A stretch of DNA of 64,000 nt from the human T2T-CHM13v2.0 reference genome, Homo sapiens: assembly GCF_009914755.1 (NCBI RefSeq), contig NC_060927.1, one strand, 5' to 3'. The position numbers and the translations under genes are program-made. Shown here one piece after another: positions 28,816 through 41,372 of the stretch; the first letter of the stretch is position 1; the number at the start of each line of letters is the position of its first letter. Below the pieces are notes generated by a model. That model was not told the origin of the DNA and made no database searches. It was given only the letters and a program-made list of their open reading frames with translations.

Positions 28816-29300
28816 GATAGGATTTGAAGAAAGAATAAGATAATAATTGAGTTAGCTTGGAGAGGGGCAATTTTTTCCAAAGCGGGACACAAAGATAGCA
28901 ACCATATAGAAAAAGGGCTGATTTGAATACATAAAATTTAAACTTCTGCATTACAAAATACACTAAATATAAAGTTAATATGTTTTATTATACTGGAAAT
29001 ATATTTACAACATATTCAACTGCCAACACGTTGCTATCCAGAATATCTACAGTTGCTATAAAATAGTAAGAAAAATAAAAATTATGCAGTTGAAAAATGT
29101 CACAAACATACATTTCAGTTCATCAAAATAGATAATAAAAACAAGCTAATATAGTTGATTAGAAAAAAGTAAATTAAAAATGAGATATCTTTACACATTA
29201 GATTGGCACAAGCTGTTGATGTTGCCAGGCAAGTAGTCTCTCTCATACACTCTGTAGGAGTGCAATATGGTGGAGCCTATTAGGAAAGCAATTTTACAAT

Positions 29301-29362
29301 ATCTATCAAAAGTTTAGCATTAACTATTAAAGTTTAGCATAATCTATTAAAAGTTTAGCATT
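29301..29362. repeat. three copies of a ~20-bp unit
   Basis: ctat(c/t)aaa(a)gtttagcat x3. Confidence 0.85.
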
Positions 29363-29399
29363 TAACAAGTTCACTACCAAAATTTTACCTTATAGATGT

Positions 29400-30237
29400 T
29401 TTTATTTTTAACTTTTGTGGGTACATAGTAGCAGTATATAGTTATGGGATACTTGAGATATTTTGATACAGACATGCAGTGCATAATATCACATCATGGA
29501 AAATTGGGTATCCGTAACCTCAAGCATTTATCCTTTGTGTTACAAACACTCCAATTATACTCTTAGTTATTTTTAAATGTATGATTAAATTATTATTGAC
29601 TACAGTCACTCTGTGTGCTATCAAATACTAGATCTTATTCATTCATTCAAAAGCTATGTTTTTGTATCAATTAATCATCCTCACCACCCTGCCCATTACC
29701 TTTCCCAGACTTGTAACCATCCCTCTGTTATCTATCTCCATGAGTTCAATCGTTTTGATTTTTGGATTCCACAAATAAGTGAGAATGTATAATGTTTGTC
29801 TTTCTGTGCCTGGCTTACTTAACATAATGACCTCTAGTTCCATCCACGTGGTTGCAAATGACAGAAACTCATCCTTTTTTTCTGGTTAAATAGTACTCCA
29901 TTGCGCATATGTACCACATTTTCTTTATCCATGCATCTGTTGGTGGACACTTAGGTTGCTTCTAAATCTAAGCTATTGTGAACAGTACTGCAACAGACAT
30001 GGGAGTGCAGATATCTCTTCAATATACTGATTTTTCTTTCTTTTACATATGTACCTAGCAATGGGATTGCTGGATCGTATAGCAGCTCTATTTTTAGTTT
30101 TTTGAGGAAACTTCAAACTGTTCTTCTTCATAGTTGCACTAATTTACATTCCCACCAACAGTATATGAAGGGTCCCTTTTCTCCATATCCTCACCAACCT
30201 TTGTTATTGCCCGTCTTTTGGATAAAAGCCATTTTAG
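29400..30237 (-). mobile_element. 5'-truncated L1MA (L1MA2/3-like) 3' end
   Basis: 'ttttgtgggtacatagtag...caagcatttatcctttgtgttacaaaca'; degenerate TSD ccttatagatgtt / ccttacagatttt. Confidence 0.9.
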
Positions 30238-31619
30238 CCTTACAGATTTTCTTCTAATATTGTACCATATGTTCAATAATAAATATTTTTTAAATGAACT
30301 AAACAACTGTCAACAGGGGAAATGTTAAGTAAATAAATATGTATAACTATTTTGTACAACCAGTTAAAATATAGAATAAAGGTATATGTATTTACATGGA
30401 AATTTTGGTGAATCACATTATTAAGGGAAAAATAAATTATATTTTAATATATAGATTTTCATCTCTTTCGTGTTAAAAATTAATCAAATGTGTGTGTATT
30501 ATCATATAAATCAAACGATTTTTGTCAACTTAGTGGTTACCACCTCCTGTCGGGATAGGGTGAATGAAGAGGAATGTTGAGGTTTTGTCCTATAAATTTT
30601 TCTATTGCTTGAACTGTTACATTGAGAAATTACTTATAACCTATATAGTTGAAAAAAGAGAACAGAAAATGGGGAAAATAAATTGTAAAATATATATTGT
30701 GCTATGCTGCATAATGCCTGTGTTTTGAAATGCTTTTTTAAAAAATTTATAATTGTCCAAATATTTTGTTCAAATATTTTGGTCTGGTAGAGTTTGAGTT
30801 GTGATCACTGAAAGCATCACAACTTATTACTAACAATGTGTGCTTCAGTGTGTCATTATTTACAGCCTTTACATAGGAAATCGTTTGTCTCTACAGGAAT
30901 TATTTCTGCTTCCTTCTCTTGGGACTCTTTACTAGGTAATGCAAACATTCTCATTGGGATATGTGATAAATATAATATTATGTAGCTAGTTCCTGATAAT
31001 GCCTGTTTTACCACAGGGAAAATTCAGAGCCAGATTTGAGTGTATGGGTTTTCTTTTTCCATCAATGTGAAACCAAGAAGGAAATATGACATGCTCATAT
31101 ATAATAACTCTTTACAATATAGACAGCCCGTCACATAGGATTTGAAGCACTTTGCATGTCAGTGTTTTGTTTCTTCAGTGTCAGTCACTCAGCAGTTTAG
31201 GCTTCCATCTGATGGGAAGGTTTCACTATTAATCTCAATCACATCCTTACTCTGCTCAGAAATGTTCCACCATCAATCACTCATTACGTCTCCTTATTTT
31301 CTTGAAAGATGGTGTTATTACACAACTTGCCGCAGGCCATAGAAGAGATCAGATGTAATGCCTAGAGAGAAATACCAATTCCTACCAAACTTGTTGATAC
31401 GAGCGCCAAACTATTTATAGTTTGCTCCCTCTAAGGAATCTCTGTCTTTTGCAGATCTAAGTTCAGATTTGCTACTTAAAGTATGGATGTGTCTTCTAAT
31501 TCTAGAAAAATTGTCTGTATGTTTTATAAGGACCATTGAGGGTTGAGGGATTCTTCCTATTTAAGGAGTCAAAGAAACTGGGTACTGAACTCTGAAGTTG
31601 GATCTCAAGAGTGATAGAT

Positions 31620-32012
31620 ACCAGGGCTGTTCATAAATATTCAATTTCTTTCCTCTTCCCAGCATATGAAAGGGTTACATGATCTAATCCAATTGCAATT
31701 ATATGTGACTAAACAACTCGTGTTAATCTTTGATATGTGAAGAAAGTGATGAGTATCTCTTCCAGGGGGCAGTTTTAAGGAGCTATTATGTACTTTGCTG
31801 TATTTCCCACCCCCAGCTCCCATAAGAGTTATGGGCACTGTTCCAGACAGTGGCTCCTTCATCAGCCTGTGTCCTAGAGTCAAAGCAGCATGAGGCAGAG
31901 CCACATGTGTGATGACATGTGACAGGGTGAGGAAAATCTTCACAAACTGATGTTGTAAGCCTTTGAAATTTTTGGATTGTTTATAGCATAAACTAGCCCA
32001 TTGTAACTAATA
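31620..32012 (+). mobile_element. MLT1I/J-like LTR
   Basis: 'tggctccttcatcagcctgtgtcctagagt...tgttgtaagcctttgaaatttttggattg'. Confidence 0.7.
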
Positions 32013-32404
32013 ACATTTTCCTAATGTCATTTTCCCCTGGTCTGAAATCCCAAAATTTCATAATGAACATTCTAAGCTCAAAAACTGTATAATTGCCTTT
32101 AACAATTTTTGTTTTATAAGTTGGTGTAATGTAACATTGATATTCTTAAAATTTGTGTGTTTAGAATCTTCTGTCTAAGATGACATTTAGTATTTCAGTT
32201 TTCTGACTAGGGGATTTTCATACTGAGAAATAAAATTAGTTATTATTTTATTCATGCATATTTCTCTTAAAAGTTAAACTGTGACTTTTTATTTTTTACC
32301 CACTCCTGGGAAACCTAACTAGGAATCACTGCAGGCATTATCTTTGTTATTCCTTCAATGAAAATTCTAATTGTTTCCCCATATCATGTTTGCTATTACT
32401 AAAA

Positions 32405-32536
32405 GTAATAACTATTATTCATTGAATGTCTGTGTTCTAAGCTTAATTTTTGGTTGTTTACACATGTTATTTAATTCAATCCTCATAACATCTATGCATG
32501 GTAGATGACAAACAGGCTCAGAGAGATTAAGTAACT
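32405..32536 (-). mobile_element. MIR
   Basis: 'aatcctcataaca...aaacaggctcagagagattaagtaact'. Confidence 0.75.
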
Positions 32537-32539
32537 GTA

Positions 32540-33830
32540 GTGTCCAGGAATGTTAGGAGAAGACAGCTAAAAATCTGAGAAAGAATGTTGAGGTAAAACA
32601 GAGACCAGGAGAGTGGTATTTAGAAATCCAGTGGAAGGAATCCATTTTAGGAAGTGCTCCAGTGTGCAAAATGTTGCTGATAGTTGCAGAAAGGTGAGGA
32701 ATAAAAATTGACCAATGACAACATGGGAGCCATTTTGACCTTGACAAGAAAAGCCTTGGGGTAATGGTGGGACAAATCTGCCTGGAGAGAATAGGAGGGA
32801 GATGAATTAAAGATGGCAAGAGTAGACAGTTCTTTCAAGGAGTTTTGCTATAACCAAAAATAGAGAAATAGGACAGCAGCCGGAGAGAGAAATTATGCAG
32901 GGAATTTTTTATTTCAAAACATACACAGGAGAAATAATAACATAAGTGTATTTTCAAGAATGATCCAGCAGTATTTTGTAATTCTCACTGCAGAGATCTT
33001 TCACCTCCCTGCTTAGCTGTATTCCTAGGTATTTTATTCTTTGTGGCCTATTATGAATGGGATTGCATTCCTGATTTGGCTCTCAGCTTTGATGTTGTTA
33101 GTGTATAGAAATGCTACTTATTTTTGCCTATTAATTTTGTATCCTGAAACTTTGTTGAAGTTGTTTATCAGATCTAGGAGCTTTGGGGCAAAGACTATGG
33201 AGTTTTCTAGGTATAGAATCATATTGTCTGCAAAAGAGGTAGTTTGAATTCCTCTCTTCCTATTTTGATGGCTTTTATTTCTTTCTCTTGCCTGATTGCT
33301 CTGGGTAGGACTTCCAGTACTATGTTGAACAGGAGTGGTGAGAGTGGGCATTCTTGTCTTATTCCAGTTTTCAAAAGCGAATTCTTCCAGCTTTTGCCTA
33401 TTTAGTATGATGTTGGCTGTGAGTTTGTTATAGATTGGCTCTTATTATTTTGAAGGAAGTTCTTTCAGTGCTAGTTTGTTGAGGGTTTTTAACATGAAGA
33501 GATGTTGTGAGAGCTGCAGGGGAAGTTATGTCTTCTGAAGGATCCCAGGGTTCAATTAGAGCTAGAAGATGAGGAACACACTGAGAGATGAGATTTAAGA
33601 TAGACATAGGAATTTTTCTGATGACCTACTGTGAATCCTGGAGATCAGAGAGTAAGAATTTCAGGTCCTGGGGCAGGACGGGAGATGAGAGCACAATGCA
33701 GAGCCATTGGGAATTAGAGTCTGGCCTAAATGGGAATAACAGCATAATGAGATTAGACTTGGTGGGCATACCAAGGGGTAGCAATGGCTAGGAGAGGGAC
33801 ATTGCAATTTTGAACACACTGGCCTTCTTT
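32540..33830 (-). mobile_element. L2 interrupted by an L1 fragment
   Basis: 'agtagacagttctttcaaggagttttgct', 'gaatgatccag'; L2-like sequence resumes after 33507. Confidence 0.7.
32966..33507 (-). mobile_element. primate L1 internal ORF2 (RT) fragment
   Basis: Peptide [35 protein letters not shown] (RT FADD-box region). Confidence 0.93.
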
Positions 33831-33999
33831 TGACCCCTACAGGAGAAAGTTAGGAGGCCTTGACAGGCGTGTTCTTAGTGCATGGGACTCACTCAGCACT
33901 TCCGCTTGCTCTTGACCTTTGCTGAAAGGGAAACCCAAATGACTAAGTGTGTGGTAAAAAAAGGTTCAGATTCACTTTACACTTTGGAGAAATTAAAAC

Positions 34000-34720
34000 A
34001 TGAGAATAAATTCTTCTCTATCCCATTAGACTTACAAAAATTAGAAGTTAGATAATATTCGATATTTAAGAAAATGGGAAGAAATAGGACATTTCGTGTC
34101 CTCATGGTCAGAAGGCAAACTGTTGGAGACATTCTGAAGAGCAACCTGGCTGTAATTAGACAAATTAATATGCTTATACCCTACCCTACCAATCCAATTC
34201 CAGGGCATATCTGTCAGAGGAAAAGTTTGGCTGATCTATGAGTTTAGCTGGCCTGTGAAAAGATATTCACTATAGCAGTCACTTGTAGTAGTAAAAGTTG
34301 GAGGCACCCTAGACATTCAGTAGGGGTGAGAATAAAAAAATATTGTGTACGCACATGATGGAACGCAACATGTTTGTATCAGAAGAAATGAGCAAGATTT
34401 AGACACAGCACATGAATATGTTTTAAAGATGCAGTGCCGGGTGTGCAAAAAATGAACTGATATTTAGAATACAATTTGGTGTAAATTAAATGTCACCTAT
34501 AAGAATACCATATATTTCAGGAGATGCGCATACAATAAAGATGTGAGTTAAATATATTACAGTGGTCCAAGGGGGAGAATGGGGCTGGAGGGAGGGATGA
34601 AAGTGAAAACAAGCACATTCAAATAAAATAGAAGAGGGATTTATAAAGATGATAATAGCCCAGGAAAGAAGGACTCTGGTTAACTCAACTATACACCTGA
34701 AGTTTTAAAAAGAAAAAGAA
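34000..34720 (+). mobile_element. ancient L1ME3-like 3' end
   Basis: 'ttctgaagagcaacctggc...atatgcttataccct'. Confidence 0.55.
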
Positions 34721-35278
34721 ATTCTTAATGATCCACTTTTTGCTTATTAAACTAGTTTTAAATTATGCATTTTGTTAGCCAATAGATTAACTTAATAGAT
34801 TTAAATAAAGAACAAAAATTTAAAAGTTAGCTGGTTGAAACTAAGCATTTCTTGTTACCGTTCTACTTCCACCTAAATTATTTTTGCATTAAGTGTTTAT
34901 ATCAACATCATAAAAGTGTAAGCAATGAGCTTCTGTAAAACAGTGAGCAATTCAAGAATGAGGACCATGTTAACCATCAGTGGATCTTTAATGCTAATGA
35001 AGGTACGTCCATAATAAGTTTTGCTGATCAAAATTAATTTTACACATAGAGGAAATAAGAGGCAAAGCAATCTTTATTAAATGGCAGAGAATTAAATCCT
35101 TTGAATGATGTTACAGAGGCTGCCAAGGTAGCATGAGCAATCACTAAGTTGTATGATTATTGGTTTCTTGGGCAAGAGGAGTGTGTCCCATGGAGTTCCT
35201 ATCTGTAGTTAATACTGCAATCTTATACCGACTGTAAAACTTGAGTAGGGTCTGTTTAGTAATTTACATAGTAGTAGA

Positions 35279-37363
35279 TTACATAGGCAAACGTGTATCA
35301 TAGTGGTTTGCTGCACAGACCATCCTATCACCTAGGTATTAAGCCCGGCATCCATTAGCTATTCTTCCTGACACTCTCCCTTCCCCTACCTATCTCCAAC
35401 ATGCCCCAGTGTGTGTTGTTGCACCTATGCGTCCATGTGTTCTCATTGTTCTGCTCCCACTTATACGTGAGAACATGCAGTGTTTGGCTTTGTTCCTGCA
35501 TTAGTTTGCTGAGGATAATGACTTCCAAGTCCATCCATGATCCTGCAAAGAACATGATCTCTTTCCTTTTTATGGCTGCATAGTGTTCCATAGTATATAT
35601 GTACCACATTTTCTTTATCCAGTCTATCATTGATAGGTATTTAGGTTGATTCCATGTCTTTGCTGTTGTGAATAGAGTTGCAATGAACATACACATGCAT
35701 GTATCTTTATAATAGTATGATTTATATTCCTTTGGGTATATACTCAGTAATGGAATTGCTGGGTCAAATGGTATTTCTACTTCTAAGTATTTGAGGAATG
35801 GCTACACTGTCTTCCACATGGTTGAACTAATTTACATTCCCACCAACCGTGTAGAAACGTTCCTTTTTCTCTGCAACTTTGCCAGCATCTGTTGTTTGCT
35901 GACTTTTTAATAGTAGCTATTCTGACTGGCATGAGATGATATCTCATTGTGGTTTTGATTTGCATTTCTCTAACGATCAGTGATGTTGAGCTTTTTTTCA
36001 TATGTTTGTTGGTCACATAAATGTCTTCTTTTGAGAAGTGTCTGCTCATATCCTTTGCCCATTTTTAATGGGCTTGTTTGTTTTTTGCTTGTAAATTTGT
36101 TTAAGTTCCTTGTAGACTCTTGATATTAGACCGTTGTCAGATGGATAGATTGCAAAAAGTTTCTCCCATTCTGTAGGTTGTGTGTTCACTCTGATGATAG
36201 TTTCTTTTGCTGTGCAGAAACTCTTTAGTTTAATTGGATCCCATTTGTCAATTTTGGCTTTTGCTGAAATTGCTTTTGGCGTTTTTGTCATGAAATCTTT
36301 GTCCATGCCTATGTCCTTAATGGTATTATCTAGATTTTCTTCAAGGGTTTTTATAGCTTTGGGTTTTACATTTAAGTCTTCAATCCATCTTGAGTTAATT
36401 TTTGTATAAGTCATAAGGAAGGGGTCCAGTTTCAATTTTATGCATATGGCTAGCCAGGTCTTGCAGCACCGTTTATTAAATAGAGGGTCCTTTCTCCATT
36501 GGTTGTTTTGTCAGTTTGTCGAAGATCAGATGGTTGCAAGTGTGTGGTCTTATTTCTGAGTTCTGTATTCTGTTCCATTGGTCTATGTGTCTCTGTATCA
36601 TGTACCATGTACTATGTACCAGGACCATGCTGTTTAGGTTACTGTAGCTTTGGAGTATAGTTTGAAGTCATGTAGCATGATGCCTCTAGCTTTGTTCTTT
36701 TTGCTTAGAATTGTCTTGGCTATTAGGGCTCTTTTTTGGTTCATATAAATTTTAAAATAGTTTTTTCTAATTCTGTGAAGAATGTCAATGGTAATTTAAT
36801 GGGAATAGCAATTAATCTATAAACCACTTTGGGCAGTATGGCCATTTTCATGGTATTGATTCTTCCTATCCTGGAGCATGGAATGTTTTTTCATTTGTTG
36901 GTGTCTGCTCTGATTTTTTTGAGCAGTGGTTTGTAGTTCTCCTTGAAGAGGTCCTTCACTTCCCTTGTTAGCTGTATTGCTAGGTTTTTTTTTTTTTTTA
37001 ACTATTTTTATGTCAAATGTGAAGATTTGGCTCTCTGCTTACCTGTTGTTGGTGTATAGGAATGCTAGCAATTTTTGCACATTAATTTTATATACTGAGC
37101 CTTTGCTGAAATTGCTTAAGCTTAAGAAGCTTTTGGGCTGAGGTGATGGGGTTTACTAGATATAGTATTATGTCACCTGCAAACAAAGATAATTTTACTT
37201 CCTCTTTCCTATTTGAATACCCTTGATTTTTTTCTCTTGCCTGATTGCCCTGGCCAGAACTTCCAACACTTTGTTGAACAGAAGTGATGGGAGAGTACAT
37301 CCTTGTCTTCTGCCAGTTTTCAAGGGGAATGCTTCCAGCATTTGACCATTCAGTGTGATATTG
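35279..37363 (-). mobile_element. 5'-truncated L1PA (L1PA10-13-like) lacking poly-A
   Basis: ORF2 remnants [46 protein letters not shown]; 3'UTR present but final tail absent. Confidence 0.95.
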
Positions 37364-39527
37364 ATTTTGCCATTTTTATAGTTTTGTTCGCATATTGCAT
37401 CTTTATTATTATCTCTGCTAACTACAGCTTAAAAATGCAGTACATCATATTTTGCAAATGGTGTGTCATTATTTCTCTTCTATTTTATTTATGATAGTTC
37501 TTTGAATGAATTTATTTTATCATGTTTTTCACATGTTCCTATGACAATTCAAATAATGTAGAGATCTCTGTTCCCATCCATACACTTCCATGCCACCAAC
37601 TCAAAATATAACCAATATTAACAATTTGTTGCATAGTCTTCTATATTTTATATTTTTATATGAGTATTTACACAGATGTAGGTATTTTTCTTTTTAAAAA
37701 TAAAATGTAATCATGTAATCATAAAAATAATTTATGCTTATTTTGAAAAACATACTAAGAAATAATCACTGTTAAAATTTTCTGTATTTTATTTTTTATC
37801 CTTAACCTTTTATGTTCTAGAAATGCTGAACAATAGAACAATAAGATACATGATATTGCATTTTTAAAATGGAATATCGTGAAATATTAAAAAGTCATGC
37901 AGATATTTCCTTTTTAATTATTTAAAACACAATTTTAGATAGTTATTTCATATATATACAAATACATGCATTTTTAACCAATTTCCTATCATCAGACATC
38001 TTATTCATCCTAGAATAACATTAAGTAACAAATGTGATAGAAGCATTTGTATTTTATTATTGCTTTTAATGAGAAGACCTCTAGTGCTTTATTATTGGTA
38101 TACTATTAACTAGTGGGTTTAGATGTTCTTTATCATGCTCCATAATTACTTTCTATTTCCACTTTGCTAAGTTCTTGATGTCCAGTTTGTTAAAATAAAA
38201 GATTTATTTGAGAATTTTAAAATGTTATTTCTATTTGTGCTGAACTGATCAATTGCTTTATTTTAAAAAATGATTTGTTGTCTCTAATAGATTTTCTACT
38301 TGTAAACTTATTTGTATTTGAAAGTCTTACCAAGTTCAAATTCTTCTGCCACAACACATCATCTGAAGAATTTAGATTCCCATTAGATTATATTAAAAGT
38401 TAAAAATTTAACTGTTGGCATGAAATAGTGATTCAGCTATTAGACTTTGTATTTACCATGAACTGGAAAAGCCTACTGTGCTTCATTTGGAATAACCCCT
38501 CTCTGAACTGCAGTCAGAAAGTGCCACCAGGCAAAAACCTCATTCTTTTTTCTTCTCTCAGGAATAACATTCCTACCTTGTATGTTTTCTAATATCTGTA
38601 GGATTATTTGGTATAATTTTGTCTAAATTTTTAGTTGGTTTTGGTGGGAAGCAAGCTGATTTGAATTACTACCTTGTGGCCAGAGTGGAAATCTAACAGA
38701 TATATTCCTTAAGTAAAATGTAGACAAACTTTATCACAATACTGTTCATTTCATTCATGTTTAGTGGATAGCTATTGTATTTGGGCACTTGTTAGGAGTT
38801 CTTGGTGCAGGTTCTATTATATTGTATACAAAATGAAAACATTCTCATAGTTCTAGATTATTCATTTTACTATTTTTATCAGAAAAGATCTTAAAAGAAA
38901 GATTACAGCTAATTTTTACATAAAGAAAAAACTCAGCATCAATTAAATATTAATATAAGTTGAAATAATCTGTTGTATACTCATCAATATTTAATCAAGA
39001 TTAACCCAACTAATAGGTAGAGCTTAGGTAGTTATATAAGGGTGCATTTTTCAGCTCACTTATGCTAATGATGTCTTTGGGTTGGTGTTATTATTAATAT
39101 TTAATCTTTTTTACATTAAAATGGAGACATTTATTGATTTGTTTTTAAGATAGTAAGCAGCATTAAAGAAAGTACAGCTTAAAATAGTTAAAATGACCCA
39201 AAAATTTTAATGACAATTTTACATTTATGGCTAAATGAAAATGAATAGTTTTTAATAATTAATTCACTTAAAAATGTTTGCTTAATAATTCATCAAAATT
39301 AAACAGATACAAGGCTAACTGGGATCTGGGAACCTTGTAAAATAAAGTAATGCCCCTTTATCCTTCTCGAAAAAGTTGTGATCCTAATAAAACAGTGGTT
39401 TTGTTCTTCCCACACAGGCCACCTTTCCATTCTGTCACTTCTCAGTGACAATGTGTCAATTCTCAGTATTACTGGTTTGTGTGAATTCAAATTTTGGTTC
39501 CACTAAAAATATTTTCAATAGACAGTC

Positions 39528-39630
39528 AGAGAAATATGACCTATTTACCTTCTACTTAGAGAGGGGAAATATGACCTATTTACCCTCTACTTAGAGAGGG
39601 TAAATATGACCTATTTATCATCTACTCAGA
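39528..39630. repeat. 35-bp minisatellite, ~2.9 copies
   Basis: aaatatgacctatttac... starts at 39532, 39567, 39602. Confidence 0.95.
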
Positions 39631-40612
39631 ATCAGTATCGTAACATATTTTGGTGAGGTCAAATGTTCTCACATAATTATAAATATTAAAAGGTAAAATT
39701 TTTAATATTTCAACTTTAAGAGACATTACATTAAAGCCCTTCTATGGATAAGAATAACCAATCACACACAAAAAAAATCAAACACAAATAATTTATGCTT
39801 CAAAGACAATTCTTTTAGAGTACATTCTTTTTCCCTACATTAGAAGTTATAGATGATAGAGTCTTCTCTGAGAACCTGTACAGGGCCAATCATAAGAAAA
39901 ACAGTTTTCTTAGGCTGGCATCTTTCCTGCAGTAAGACCACTTGTTTGTGATGAGAACAAATGTGGTTGACAAAAGTGACAGGTCCTGACTAATAACTAA
40001 AGCAAGGAAGTTTCATTTTAACTGACAACTCAGAATATTTATACTGCAGTTTCTTGTGAGATTTAATCATGAACTGACAAAAATTTAGCCTCTGCCAGTG
40101 TAACCTAAGGAATCTGACATTTGAAAGAATCTAACTGATAAGTTCAATATCTCACTATTTAAAATGATCCCCTATCTTAATTCAGATCCTGTGAATGTCA
40201 GTCTTTAGACCCCCTTGTCTTATTTTCCCCAACCAACTGCTTTCGTTAAATTTTGCTTTAACCTTATGCTTGCTGTTTTTATAAAGGGTGGTCTGAATGG
40301 AATTTTTGTGTTTTCTAATCACATAATTGAAGCGATGTGTTCTGATGTGCCTTCTGCGTGTTTTCATGTCATAAATTCCTGCTTGAGTTTAGTTCCAGGA
40401 AGTAACAAAGACTGTAGAGACAAATCTGTGTACTTTTGTTTGTTAGATAATGAAAAGAATGTGGTTCAACATGTTATTCTTTGTGTTCTAACTGGCAGAA
40501 AATTTGGGGCTCAGTTCAGTGTCCAACCAAACTGTCACCCATTGCAAGAAAAGAGTAATATCTACTTGCCTTTGGCCCATTTGTATGATTAAAACTATGT
40601 TGTATTCCTAAT

Positions 40613-41325
<713 letters not shown>

Positions 41326-41327
<2 letters not shown>

Positions 41328-41372
41328 GTATGTGTATGTGTATGTGTTTGTGTATGTGTGTGTGTGTGTGTA
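41326..41372. repeat. (TG)n/(TGTATG)n microsatellite
   Basis: Directly visible, abutting the HSMAR2 TIR. Confidence 0.9.

Noticed and set aside
35355-36435. ORFs with recognisable protein similarity
   Set aside because: Frameshifted L1 ORF2 remnants, not a host gene.
39528-39630. 35-bp direct repeats as a CRISPR array
   Set aside because: Head-to-tail units with no unique spacers, no cas genes, eukaryotic context.
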